A stretch of DNA of 64,000 nucleotides, taken from Podarcis vaucheri (Eukaryota). The position numbers and the translations under genes are program-made. Shown piece by piece: positions 13,381 to 24,452 of the stretch. How positions within the stretch are numbered: the stretch's first letter is position 1; each line of letters begins with the position of its first letter. The stretch is taken from assembly GCA_965113315.1 (NCBI GenBank), contig OZ220375.1. One strand, given 5' to 3'. The notes below the pieces were generated by a model. It did not search any database, was not told the origin of the DNA, and worked only from the letters and a program-made list of their open reading frames with translations.

Positions 13381-14381
13381 TTATTTATACCCCACCCATC
13401 TGGCTAAGTTTCCCCAGCCACTCTGGGCAGCTCCCAGTCGAATGTTAAAAACAATACTGTACAGAATTAAATATTAAAAACTTCCCTGAACAGGGCTGCC
13501 TTCAGATGTCTTCTAAAAGTCTGGTGTAGTTGTTTTTCTCTTTGACATCTGAAGGGAGGGTGTTCCACAGGGCGGGCACCACCACCGAGAAGGCCCTCTG
13601 CCTGGTTCCCTGTAGCTTTGCTTCTTGCAGTGAGGGAACCACCAGAAGGCCCTCAGCGCTGGACCTCAGCGTCTGGGCTGGACGATGGGGGTGGAGACGC
13701 TCCTTCAGGTATACAGGACCAAGGCCATTTAGGGCTTTAAAGGTCAGCACCAACACTTTGAATTGTGCTCAGAAACGTCCCAACATCCCCATGGCATCCT
13801 CCAGAGTGCAGAGGGTTGTGTGCTGCCTCCTGGACACTGTCCCCACCCCCTAGGTGGCTTTAAAAGACAAATCCATGGTGTAGGAGGAGAAGCCCTGTGT
13901 GGCCTAGGACCCACGTACCTACGGGCCCGCCTCTCCTGGTCTGCCCCGCGGAGGACCTTAAGGTCCACAAATGACAACACCTTGGAGGTCCTAAGTTACA
14001 AGGTGGATAGGTTGGTCTCAACTAGGGCCAGGGTCTTTTCAGTACTGGCCCCGACTTGTTGGAACGCTCTGTCACAAGAGACCAGGGCCCTGCGGGACTT
14101 GACATCTTTCCGCAGGGCCTGCAAGACAGAGCTGTTCCACCTGGCCTTTGGTTTGGACTCAGTCTGACCCTTATGATTCCCTCCCCTTATGGTCTTGATC
14201 TATGGGCTACTATTAAAATAAGGCTGCATTTTAAAATACATTTTAACCTGTATTTTAAATTGGGTTTTTTTATTTTCTTCCCCCACCCCCTCTTTCCCCC
14301 CTATTATGATTTTACTGTTATTTTATTGGTGTTAGCCGCCCTGAGCCTGGCTTTGGCAGGGGAGGGCGGAGTATAAATAAA

Positions 14382-14432
<51 letters not shown>

Positions 14433-14971
14433 GGCTCCTAGCAAGGAGGTCTATTTGTTCTGCCTCCACTGTCAGAGGCAGCTGTGCCTTTGAATCCCAG
14501 TTGCTGGAAACTCTGGGAGGGGAGAGGGCTCTTGGGTTTGGATCCTGCTTGCTCATTTCCCACAGGCCTCTGGTTGGCCGCAGTGAGAACAGGATGTGGG
14601 CCTAGATCCGGCCGGGCTCTCCTTACGTCTCCCCTTTGCAGGTGCCGCCCTGTGCCCGCCGCATCTGCTCCACCCGCGAGTGCCTCTACATGCTGTCCAG
14701 CCACGACATTGAGGAAGTCCCCGCCTACCGCGAGCTGCCGGCCAGCAAGGCAGGGGTGGCGCCGAGCGACACGGAAGCCATGGCCGCCCGGGCGTGCGAG
14801 GAGTACCTGAGCCAGCTGCACAAGTGCCCGACGCTGGAGGGGCGCATGGCCAAGATGAAGGAAGCCGTCGGCAGCATGCCCCTCATGACCTTCCAGAAGG
14901 ACTTCTTCTGGGAGGCTCTGGACATGATCCAGCGGGCGGCGGAAATCCAGGAAGCCCCTGCGCCCAGCTAG
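4042..14971 (+). CDS. FBXO24: F-box only protein 24 (F-box plus RCC1-like repeat), about 601 aa
   Basis: Exons 4042(or 4060)-4146, 5430-5528, 6479-6665, 6904-7142, 8161-8422, 9453-9611, 11053-11174, 12227-12358, 12801-12971, 14642-14971. All introns are GT-AG with matching phases (1806 nt total). Peptides [66 protein letters not shown] and [11 protein letters not shown] match FBXO24. The first exon is the least certain. Confidence 0.93.
5712..6330 (+). mobile_element. L2-clade LINE 3' fragment inserted into an older CR1-derived fragment
   Basis: [35 protein letters not shown]...[12 protein letters not shown], the L2 ORF2 C-terminus, then an AT-rich tail. CR1-like sequence flanks both sides (about 5580-5710 and 6331-6385). 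Confidence 0.85.
7622..7889 (+). mobile_element. tRNA-derived squamate SINE (Squam3-like)
   Basis: A-box-like TGGTGTAGTGG, B-box-like GGTTCGCTTCCC, CORE-like body, (CTC/TTC)n tail. Minus-strand copies at about 53470-53715 and 58305-58537. Confidence 0.75.
8713..8924. mobile_element. Tc1/mariner-pogo (Tigger-like) MITE
   Basis: TA|CAGTCGTACCTTG...CAAGGTATGACTG|TA terminal inverted repeats with TA target duplication. Confidence 0.8.
9150..9370 (+). mobile_element. CR1 LINE fragment
   Basis: [13 protein letters not shown]...[18 protein letters not shown] is a typical CR1 ORF2 C-terminal peptide. A further CR1 piece lies at about 9720-10040. Confidence 0.75.
10265..10614 (+). mobile_element. 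Sauria SINE
   Basis: GGTTCGAATCCC B-box, diagnostic body (GTGAGCTCCCGTTGCTCGGTCCC...GCAAGTAGATAAATAGGTACC), (ACCTTT)n tail. Confidence 0.9.
11377..11895 (-). mobile_element. Probable solo LTR
   Basis: TG...CA termini on the minus strand, TATA-like TTAAAAG near 11700 and AATAAA near 11435. No clean TSD seen. Confidence 0.4.
13335..13775 (-). mobile_element. L2 LINE 3' fragment with (TAA)n tail
   Basis: [20 protein letters not shown]...[15 protein letters not shown] peptide. Same family as 5712-6330. Confidence 0.85.
13893..14430 (+). mobile_element. L2 LINE 3' fragment (second subfamily) with (TTA)n tail
   Basis: [11 protein letters not shown]...[17 protein letters not shown]...[10 protein letters not shown] peptide, AT-rich 3' UTR, microsatellite tail. 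Confidence 0.75.
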
Positions 14972-15091
14972 CTGTCGCCGGCCGCGGCTCCCTCTCACCC
15001 CGCCCCTCCTGTCACCCCACCCCACCTGTTAGACGCATCATGGATCCTGATTAACCGATAGAGAAGACTTCAGACTGAACAATTGGGCGTA

Positions 15092-15097
15092 AATAAA
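15092..15097 (+). terminator. FBXO24 polyadenylation signal
   Basis: AATAAA about 120 nt after the stop codon. Confidence 0.6.
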
Positions 15098-15992
15098 GCA
15101 CAAGACCTAACGCAGCCTCCCCTGGACCGTTCTGGGGTAAGTGATGAAACGGCATCCTTGGAGGAGCCCGGAAGGGGCCTCTGGCGATGCGCGGGTGCAG
15201 AGGTGCACATTGCTGACTTCGTGAGGTTCTTCACATCTGTGGTGCTCACCTCGTAAAGGGTAGGGTTGGGAAAGCTTTGGGAAAGGTTGCGGCGTTTGGG
15301 AATTTTGAGTTTGGAGGAAGAGGCGACATGATAGAAGTTTTGAGTGGCATGGAGGAAACAGATGGCCTGGAGGCATTGATGCTTCGGAGGGCCAGTTTCT
15401 TGCTGGAAACCACAGGAGGGGAGAGCGTTGCTCTTTGTGCTCGAATCCTGCTTCCCATAAGGGGCATCTGTTTGGCCACTGTAAAAACAGGAGGCTGGAC
15501 TAGATGGCCCCACTTTGGCCTGATCCAGCAGCCTCTTCTCATGGTCATTTCTTTGGGAGGAAAAAAGCCTCAGGAGTAAACCCTACACAAATCCAGAGTG
15601 GAGTCCCTAAGGCAGCTGGGTGGTGCCTGGTACACCTCCTTGCGGCAACTCCTGCAGCCAAACCGGTGCCCTGTGTCTTGCTCTGCTTTCCTTTGGACCA
15701 CACCAGCGAGGCTGAGAGGGAGGTCTTGTCATCTGGGCAGCCCAGGACCTCCAGAACTGCTTCTAACGCAGCAGTTTGACTTCACACACCCACGCCCCGA
15801 GGCGAACTCCATCATCTCTCAAGATAGACAGGTGCCAACAATGCAGGTGGTGTTGAAATCTTGCCAGACTCTGGGGGTGGGTTTCACAACTGGCCTCAGG
15901 CATTCTGGCTAATGGCTTCCCGCATCATCCCTGCCTCAGATTCTCCAGCATCAGTTTCTCAGTCGAATAAGGATAACTGAGCAAACTTTATA

Positions 15993-16205
15993 AAAAAATT
16001 CCTTCCAGTAGCACCTTAAAGACCAACTAAGTTAGTTCTTGGTATGAGTTTTCGTGTGCATGCACACTTCTGCAGATACACACTAAGTGTGCATGCACAC
16101 GAAAGCTCATACCAAGAACTAACTTAGTTGGTCTTTAAGGTGCTACTGGAAGGATTTTTTTTATTTTGACTATGGCAGACCAACACGGCTACCTACCTGT
16201 AACTG
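15993..16205. mobile_element. Penelope-like element terminal-repeat remnant forming a near-perfect palindrome
   Basis: Arms of about 80 bp (TTCCAGTAGCACCTTAAAGACCAACTAAGTTAG.../...CTAACTTAGTTGGTCTTTAAGGTGCTACTGGAA). Same sequence as the 58.6-59.2 kb element that carries a GIY-YIG tail. Confidence 0.8.
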
Positions 16206-17889
16206 AGCAAACTTTCACCAGGAGCAGAGAGAGATTGCAGAGCAGCCACTCGGTGGCTTCAGGGCATCGCCAGGCAATGGGGGCACAGTTTCACGTGCTC
16301 TATCGACCTACAGGGGCTGTTGCGCCACGTCTCTCACCCAGGGAACAAAGGTCACCTCAACCCCCCCCCTTCCCCCGCAGAACTGCCCTCTGCTCTGTGG
16401 ACAAAGTCTGCTGGCAGACCGGTGCCCAGGGACAGACGGAGGCATTGATGGAGAGCGACCAATCTTTCCAGGTCAAAGTTCCCAGCGTGCACTGGGGGAG
16501 GGGAGGGTGCAGAGGTGCCTGGGATGAAGCTGCTGTCACAGAAGCCGCCGTGGGGCCTTCTCCTCTCTGAGATGGGCCCTTTGAAGCTGCTGGATGTAGG
16601 GGGCCAAGAGTGGGAGTCCTGGGGGTCCCATTGTCCACTGTCTGCAGTGCACATCCCCCTGCTAGGCAGCCCCTCTGCCTCCTTTGTGCTGCTTTTCAGG
16701 AGAGAGATGTGGTGCAGCCGGGCAAGGGAAGCTATTGATCAGTCCCGGTGGCTGTATTTCAGTCACACACTGCTGTTTCCAGAGCCTCCTGGCCTAGATT
16801 GGGGTCTGATGTTCCCTAAGTGGGAAAACGTTTCGATTTCTGAAAGAGACTTCAGAGGTTTAGCTTGGGGAAGCAGGGGCTCCTGACTAGGACATCCGAG
16901 AGGCCACAAGACTCCCAAGGTTAACCCTCTTTCTCTCTAACTAACCGGTCAGCAGCCTGGCAAGTGTGCAGACCAGGATTTGCATCATCCTGTCAAAGTG
17001 GACCCTCAGCCCCAGGAAAGGTGGCTAGATTGAGTTTGGGAGGCGCTGTTACTCGGGCAGAATACCTGCTTTGCACACAGAACGTCCCCTCTGGCAGTGT
17101 TTCCAGGCAGGACTGAGAGAGGTGCCCGTCTGAGACCCTGAGAGTCACTGCTGACCAGTGCAGAGGATACTGAGCTGCAGACGGACCCAGTGGTCTGACT
17201 CATTATGCGTCAGCTTCTAATACTGCATCTTCATTCAGACATGAACCCAGAGCCTGGGAAAGGAGACGTGTATTTGTCCCCTGCAGCTAAATTGGGGGTT
17301 TGGTCTGGTGGAGGTAGAGAAATCACCAGATCCCAACCCCACAAGCATGCGCTGCAAGTTCTTAACTGCTCTGCTGTAAATTTCAGGCCTTGCTGGGGCT
17401 CAAAACCGCTTGGCCCCAGGACAGAACACTTGTGCAGCGGCTCCAACAAAAGGGAGGGAAACAGCTTCCCCTGTCCGATAGATTTGGAGTGGGTTTCGGA
17501 AACGGTGCTTCGCTGAGCCCTGCCTGGCCCTGAACTGCATGAGGCAGACTTGTGTCCCAGAAGCCCCTCTGTGATTCCACTTTCACCTTGATGCACCCTG
17601 GCCAGGGATTTCCTCCTTTTGTCCTTCGCCCCACCAGGTCCCTGTTCTATATTTAAACCCCCCAGAGCTCCTGCCAGCTTCCCACATGCTGTGATTCAGA
17701 GCAGCCTCACGGTGGAGGCTTGGTGGGATGTGGGGAGTGTTCCTCTCTCGCTCTCTTTCCCCGATCCACTTCAGGAGCTTCCGGCAAAGGGCTTGAATGC
17801 TGGTCTCAGCTGTCCTGGGCCAATTTTCCATGCATCAGCCACTTAGCTCGCCCCTGTCTGCTCTGGTGGCCTCACAGAAACTCCGCTCT

Positions 17890-18029
17890 CATAGTACCAT
17901 AGAGCTGGAAGGGACCCCAACAGTCATCTAGCCCAACCCCCTGCAATGCAGGAACCTTTTGCCCAGTGTGGGGCTCAAACCCACAACCCTGAGATTAAGA
18001 GTCTCATGCTCTAATGACTAAGCTACCCC
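17890..18029 (-). mobile_element. tRNA-Lys-derived SINE with CR1 3' tail (POM/Squam2-like)
   Basis: The minus strand reads GGGTAGCTTAGTCATTAGAGCATGAGACTCTTAATCTCAGGGTTGTGGGTTTGAGCCCCAC (degenerate tRNA-Lys CTT), then a CR1 tail. Second copy at about 25262-25397. Confidence 0.7.
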
Positions 18030-18703
18030 AACCCCAGGGAGCAAGCCTGGCCTGGGCAAAAAATGGCTGCCAGCTGCTGCCTTCCCAAGTCTTCTTATCT
18101 CCCCAGCATCTGGGGAAAGGTGAATTCCTGCATCGCAGGGGGTTGGAATAGATGATTCCAGCTCTGTGATTCTATGAGGGGCAACCTGGAAGGCCTGGTG
18201 GAGATGTGAGGGGCGAGAGCCTCAGAAGCGCCTTGGCAGGTTTGGCTCATGGCCTGTCTTGGCTGCCTTCGTTCTACCAGAGGCCTGAGCTGCGATTGGG
18301 GAGGTGGAGCGATGGCAGAGGGACAGCGAAAGCTGCCTTGTATCCAGCCCAGCCAGGGGCGCCTCTGCTTCCTCATTCTTTGGGCTCTGCATTTCCCAAT
18401 CCCAAGGTGCAATGCAGCGACTGCTTTTGCTCTAGATTCATGCAGGTGCAACTCTTGACTTCACCGCCTCTTTCCTGTCCTCTTCTCCCCGACCTCTCCA
18501 GCAAAGCTTGCCCAGCAGTCACTTTCCCTTCCTTCTTCTCCTCATGCAAGTGGCGCTGCTCAGCCAGCTTGCCCCAGGACTACTCTGGAGGAGCCACCGT
18601 GAGGCTTGCAGCAGAAGTCAAGGCCAGCTGGGCAGTGTTTTGCCGCTGCCTTGGAGTCCCCCAGAGGGGAACACAGTTCAGCTCATGAAGGCAGGGGAGA
18701 AGA

Positions 18704-18751
<48 letters not shown>

Positions 18752-18752
18752 T
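18704..18752. repeat. (TTA)n microsatellite
   Basis: About 16 TTA units. Similar tracts at 24627-24692, 35875-35930, 38960-39070 and 40175-40203. Confidence 0.9.
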
Positions 18753-21119
18753 ATTTGTACCCCGCCCTGGCTGGCTGGCTGGCTGGCTGCCTTAAGAACA
18801 CATAAGAGCCTGCTGGGTCCAAAGAGAGCCTGGCCAGTCCCGCCTCCTGTCCTCACACGGGCCAACCAGATGCAAGCTGGACCTGACCACAAGAGCACCC
18901 CCCCCTCCCGGCATTCAGAATCATGGCTGCCCCTGATCTTGGAGCGCAGCCATCATGGCGTGTGGCCATGGACTGCCTTCTCCTCCTTTTGTCTAATCCT
19001 CTTTTAAAGCCGTGCATGTGACTGCCTCTTGTGGGAGTGAGTTCCACTGGCTCCTGAACTGAGCCAAGAAGGAGCAAAAGCCTAGTAGAGACCACCATGG
19101 CTATATGGTGGGGGAAGAAAGGGACTCTGTGCAAGGTTTTCTGGGGGGGGGACGGGGGAGTACTCTTCATATGATCTCAAATTACATGCTGTTTTCGCTC
19201 TGTTTTGCTCAGTGTAGTCTTATCTGAGCCCTGGACCCTGTCTGCTAAGAGCAAGGTCTGGTTCTCTAGGTGAGAGCTGGACCTTTTCACACTTGCAACG
19301 TGTTTTGGAGTGACAAGCCCCGTGTGGAGGATTTGCAATGCTGGCTGTGGGCAGAGGGTGAGCCCTGCTGCATCGCCTGCAGTCAGGGCTCCCGGCAGGC
19401 TACTGTTTGGACTCTGAGATGCAAATAATCCCTTGCCAGGAAACCAGTTCCCCTTGGGGCAGCTGGAGAGGGGGTGAAGGAGGAGGCTCCTGAGGAAGGA
19501 TCTGAGCATGAAGCGTAGGGCTTTGAGAGATCAGGAGGCCACCTCCTCCCTCCCTCCCTCCCTCCCTCTCTGCTCATTTCTCAGACAAGCCCCACCAGCA
19601 AAGAAAACCCACTTTCGGAAATTTAGCCACTCAAACCAGAGAAGGATGGGATGGGGAGGATAAAGTAGTTGGATAAACTGGGTGCTGTGGGGGTGGTACA
19701 ATGCTTCTGCCCCCCCCCCCCTTGCAGGCCCTGTTGCTGCCCTTTGCCCTGCCTGCTTTCTCTCCCTGCTACCAGCAGCTGAAGTCCAGCATTGCAGTGA
19801 CCTTAATTTATACCAGCACTTGTTGGGGAGATGTTGTGGGGGGAGGTAGAGAAAGAAAGAAAGAGGGAAAGCGCCCTTTCTGCCCAAAAGAACAGGGAGA
19901 GGCAGAGCTCATCCCCCCCCCCCAACTTTTCCATCCTGCAGAGTGACCCCCCCACCACACCACCCTGGGAGCCGGCCTTTGGAGGCAGCAGCTGAAGTTT
20001 CCACTGGGGCTATTTTTGCTGCTGCTGCTGCTTCCCCACGTCCGCACACATTAAAAAACAAACAAAGCAAAACTATTTTTGCGCCCTTAAACTCAACACA
20101 GCTTCACGTGCAGATGGAATATATTTAGGGATGAGTGGAACCTTTTCTGGAGTTGCTCTGAGCCTGGGAATCAGGCAGGTGCCAGAATCAGAGAGATACC
20201 CTGCTCTGGAGAGGCTGGGGCAGGTGGGGCAGGGCCCCTAGGTCAGGAGAGGCTTCTGAAATCATTTATGCAGCCGCCGCTGCTGCCGTTGTTACTTGTC
20301 TTGCAAGAGTGCAGAGACTGGGGTAAAGTACAAAAATTAGATGCACCCGATAGCCCTCTAAGCACCCAAGGGAGTTGTTGCCAGCCAGGCCACCTCCATA
20401 AAAAGAGCCTGCTGGATCAGGTGAAGGGCCCACGTGGTGCAGTATCCTGCTCTCACAGGGCCCCCCCAGATGCCCCAAGGGGAAACCAGCAAGAGCCGCT
20501 CTCCCCTCCTGCGGTTTCCAGCACCTCCTCTTTGGAAGCCTTGCTCCCTCTGACTGTGGAAGCAAAACATAGTCCTCATAGCTAGTCGCCCTCTCTTCCC
20601 TAATCCTCCTTTAAAGCCATCCAACTTGGAGGCCATCACTTCTTCTTGGGGGAGCGAGTTCAAGACCTTAGACTCCAAACTTCCATAAGCAGGTAGGCTG
20701 AGAACTTGGGACCCCTGCGATCCTGGCTCCCGGCAGGAGTTGGGCCAGGGGGGACCGAAAGCAGAACCAAGAGTTGTCAGCCTTCATACCTGGCCAGGAG
20801 GCTGCCGCCGCTCCTTCCCTAGCCACCCTAAGGATCCAGACCCCCAGGTTTACCACCCCAGCTGCTTCCCAGACAGCACCTCCCACCCCGGACTGACACA
20901 GGATTGCTGCCTGACACCTCTCCCAGCAGGTAGAAGAATGGAAAACTACCCCTGCAGGACTTTGAATTTGCCTGTAGGAAAAATAAACCCGGAGCCCACA
21001 ATCTCTGGCCTTTCAAGTTGCACCTGCACAGCTCCCCCAAGATCCTGTTTGCCAGGTCCAAGAAACCGCATGGAGTTATCTGCAAGGGACACCTAATTTG
21101 GTTCAAGTCACATCTTCCT

Positions 21120-21125
21120 TTTATT
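21120..21125 (-). terminator. Candidate polyadenylation signal of the PAQR9-like gene
   Basis: TTTATT (AATAAA on minus) about 140 nt downstream of the stop codon. Confidence 0.5.
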
Positions 21126-21265
21126 TCAAGCTTCTCCGTTCCCCCTCCCCACCCCAGAGTTAAATCCAGTGTGAGTGCTAGACACAGCGACTGTTTTCCA
21201 GTTTTCAGCAGTGCGTGGCATCCCTTGCGCCTCGCCCAGAAGCCATGCAAATGAGCCGGTGCGCC

Positions 21266-22393
21266 TCAGTCCCCTTTCCTGGCCTTGCTCCGCTGGTGGC
21301 TGGCGTAAGCCCTGAGCCCGAACCAGCCCACGATGCTGGCGAGCAGTGTCAGCAGCAGCAGCATCACGCCAAAGGTGGAGAGGAAAGTGGGCGCCCTGGG
21401 CAGGAGGGGCAGCCCGGCGCCCAGCTCACGGATCTCCCCCCGGATCATGTGCAGCTCGTCCAGGATGCTCATGAAGGTGCAGCAGTGGAACCACTGGTGG
21501 CTGTGGCCCCAGATGTCGAACTTCCCCGGGCTGAAGCGCTCGGGGATCTTGCTGACGTTGAAGATCCCGGAGGCCAGGAGCCAGAAGCAGTGGCGCAGGA
21601 AGAAGCGGCCCGTGCCGTGCCCGCCGGCAGCACCGCCCCCGCCCCACCACAGCTTGCGGAAGACGGGGATGGAGACCACCCCAAAGGGCAGCAGGAAGAC
21701 CAGCGTGCGGATGAGGTAGCGGTAGCGCGGCCACTGGTGGCGGGTGCTGCAGCAGGCCAGGGTGCAGAAGAGAGCGATCAGGCAAGCGCTGGGCACATAG
21801 AGGGCCTCAAACCACGTGCCCACCTGGCCCGCCAAGACAGAGAGCCAGCCAGCACCCTCCCAGCTGGGCCAGGCGCTGGGAGAGGAGAAGTTGTTGCCTG
21901 GTAGCGGTGGTGGTGGAGATCCGCCTCCCCTGGGGTGGATGTAGTAGAAGTAGGCCAAGGAGGAGCCCACGGTGTAGGCGCTGATGGTGCCGTAGTCGAT
22001 GTAGAAGCAGATCTCCCGGATGACCAGCGACATGGAATTGAAGAGGTGCGCCATGCTGCTCGCCACCAGCAGGCCACAGACCCCCAGGAAGTAGCTCCAG
22101 AGCGGGTAGTAGAAGGGGTCCAGGGGGCCTTGGGGCACCGCGGGGCCCTCGCCCCAGAACTGCTCCAGGAAGTGGAAGGCGAAGACAAAGACGGCCAGGA
22201 AGTGCGTCCAGAAGTTGCCCGTCTCGTTGGTGGGCCGGAAGGCCGAGACCAGGCACTGGGCAAAGGTGTAGCCCGGGCAGCGGTAGCCGCTCAGGATGAA
22301 GCTCTCCGTCATGCTGGGGGGCACTTCGCTCCAGTGCAGGAGCAGGCCCCCTCCCTTGCCGGGGGCAAGGGGCACCTGGGGCCCCCTGCCCAT
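21266..22393 (-). CDS. PAQR9-like (membrane progestin receptor epsilon-like / CREST family) multi-pass membrane protein, 375 aa, intronless CDS
   Basis: LLHWSEVP...FILSGYR...PTNETGNFWTHF, SSMAH, FYIDY, ACC..R, FNVSKIPERFSPGKFDIWGHSHQWFH and APTF motifs, plus multiple hydrophobic helices. Closest to PAQR9 but clearly diverged from it. Strong GC3 codon bias. Confidence 0.9.
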   Translation of the reverse strand: MGRGPQVPLAPGKGGGLLLHWSEVPPSMTESFILSGYRCPGYTFAQCLVSAFRPTNETGNFWTHFLAVFVFAFHFLEQFWGEGPAVPQGPLDPFYYPLWSYFLGVCGLLVASSMAHLFNSMSLVIREICFYIDYGTISAYTVGSSLAYFYYIHPRGGGSPPPPLPGNNFSSPSAWPSWEGAGWLSVLAGQVGTWFEALYVPSACLIALFCTLACCSTRHQWPRYRYLIRTLVFLLPFGVVSIPVFRKLWWGGGGAAGGHGTGRFFLRHCFWLLASGIFNVSKIPERFSPGKFDIWGHSHQWFHCCTFMSILDELHMIRGEIRELGAGLPLLPRAPTFLSTFGVMLLLLTLLASIVGWFGLRAYASHQRSKARKGD

Positions 22394-22949
22394 GGGTGGC
22401 CCTGCTGACCTTCTCCCTTCACAGCGGCTATAGGGGGCAGGAGTGGGGAGTCAGCCCCAGCCTGTAGCTCCGGCTTTTCTGGCCACGGAAGGAGACACTG
22501 CAGAAGGGGGTTCGCTCAGCTGAGCACCCAGCCCCACGCCTCCCGGCCTGTCACTCCAGATCCCCGCCACCCTCGGCGATGCTGGGTGCGGGGAGCAAGA
22601 GGAGAGGGAGAGCGCAGATTTCAAAGGCGGAGCTGCTGGCTTTTTGCTGGGGAGGGGGGCGGCGAGGATGCGGCTGCTTTAGCGGTTGCCATGGAGAGCC
22701 TGCCTCCGCTCCGCCATCTGCCCCAGTGGAGTGGGGGGGGGGTTGGGGAGGGGGAGCCCACAGAATGACTGCGGAGGGGGGGCTTAAAATCTGCGGAGAC
22801 TGCAGAGGTGCATTTGCAGGCGTCCCCTCCGTCTTCTGGAGCGCAACGATGTCCTACATAAAAATACCTGCTAAAATCACGGGGGGGGGCGCCTCTTCTT
22901 TCAAGCCTCCCTCTTCCACCGGGGAAAATCTGCAACCGGGAGCTGGCCT

Positions 22950-23330
22950 GCGGGCGCGGGCCCCGCCGCCTCTGGCTGCCGGAGGAGCGCGGGAGCCGGC
23001 GACGCGGCCGGGCTGCTGGGCGTCGTGGGCTGGCGCGGGCGCCCTTGCCGGGATCCGCAGGAGGGCGCGCGGCCAAGGCGCTGCTTTTATCTCCGCCCCG
23101 CCCGCCCGGACGGCCTCCCGCCGCCCCAGGCCCGGGTCCAAGCCCCGCCCCGGCCCGCATCCGCGCAGGCGAGGCGCAAGGCGGCAGGTGCCGTCTCCGC
23201 CAACCGTGCGCCCTGCTGCCCCAAGTCGCTGGGCGCCCCTCTCCAACCCACGGAGGAAGAAAAGGCACGGAGCAAACGGCGGCGGGGGGGTGGATCCCAA
23301 AGTGGCGGAGAGCAGGGCAGCTGTTTGGGG
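22950..23330 (-). promoter_or_regulatory. CpG-island promoter of the PAQR9-like gene
   Basis: Very high CpG. TATA-like GATAAAAG on the minus strand at about 23084-23091. GC boxes (CCCCGCCC) at about 23096 and 23143. Candidate 5'UTR intron 22498-22867 (CAG|GTATTT ... CCTTCTGCAG). Confidence 0.6.
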
Positions 23331-24452
23331 CGAGGTTAACGGATAATAATAGACTGTGGTTTGTGGGTTCCTGCCCCATATTGGGTGAAGCTTCCCTGCA
23401 TTGCAGGGTTGGACTAAATGACCCCTGGCTCCCTCCCGACTCTCTCATTCCGACCTTGGTTTGAAACTTCTGCAAGGCCAACGGAAGGGGGAACTTTTTA
23501 AAAGAAATTACCAATCTCCCCAGCAGGAACAACAGAGCCCCGAGCCAGCCTGGCCTCCTGCGCGCAAGGAGCTCAAGGCGCGCATCTCTCCCTGGGTGTG
23601 ACCTTGGGGGGGCGGTCCCTGCCTTCTCTCAGCCCCCCGTACCTGGCTCGCGGGGCTGTTGTGGGGACTGAATGGGGGGGGCGAGGAGAACCAGGCACGT
23701 CGCCACCTGGAGCTTGGAGGGAAAGGAGGGATATCCGAGCCACAAGCAAGGTGGGCGGAAGGGGGGTCGGGTTAGGGCTGCAGCGTGGAGGCCCCGGAGA
23801 GCTCCGTGGGTCCCTGGGATGCGCGGGAAGGGTGATAAGTGGGAGCCTCCGCAGCCTCGATGGGGCAAGAAGAGGGCAGAAGCCATGGGTGGCGAGGACC
23901 TCCCCACATCCTCCTCCGGAGCTGCGTCTTCGGTGCAGACCGAGAGAAAGAGGCGGAGGGCGAGGCGCTGCGCCACCCGCCAGGCAGAGACTGTGCGCTC
24001 AGGGTGGAGGCGCCTCCGGGTCTTGGGAAAGCTCTCCCCACCTCTGTTCGTGGGGTTCAGTGCGAGAGCTTTGGGCCCCCTCGCACATGGGTGCTACTTC
24101 GGGGTCTTTCCCAGAGTCAACAAGCCGGCCCACGTCCTCGTGCCTCCGCTGGGAACCCCACGGCTACGCCTTTCTCAGATGCCTTTGCCACCCTCGGGCA
24201 ACCGAGGAACCGCCATGGATAGGACGAGCCAAGGAAACGCGCAAGAAGAGCTCCAGCAGCAGCAGCAGCTGGGTCAGGCCCATAAAATGGCAGTCCGGGT
24301 CATCTAGGGAATCCTCCGGTTCTCATAGCTGCCGACCAGGTGCTTCCAGAGCTTGTGGGCTGCCCTGAAGCGCAACGGTGACGGGCCCTGGCTTAGACGG
24401 GCATTTGAAAGGGCATCGCGGTGCCAGTCCCACGAGGAGGTGAGGTCTCTAT

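Noticed and set aside
17960-18029. tRNA-Lys(CTT)-like sequence
   Set aside because: Degenerate arms and a fused CR1 tail show it is a SINE head, not a tRNA gene.
15100-20200. Possible additional gene between FBXO24 and the PAQR9-like gene (ORFs at 15070-15513, 16166-16654, 18206-18688; GTAAGT donor near 15137)
   Set aside because: No consistent exon chain or recognisable protein, and much of the interval is repeat fragments.
22579-23532. Long overlapping ORFs (255 aa +, 303 aa -)
   Set aside because: Pro/Gly/Arg/Ala-rich, no recognisable domain, and explained by stop-codon depletion in a CpG island.
23672-24368. 211-aa and 256-aa + strand ORFs
   Set aside because: Non-ATG starts, no homology I can recognise and no codon bias. 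Kept only as an unexplained CpG region.
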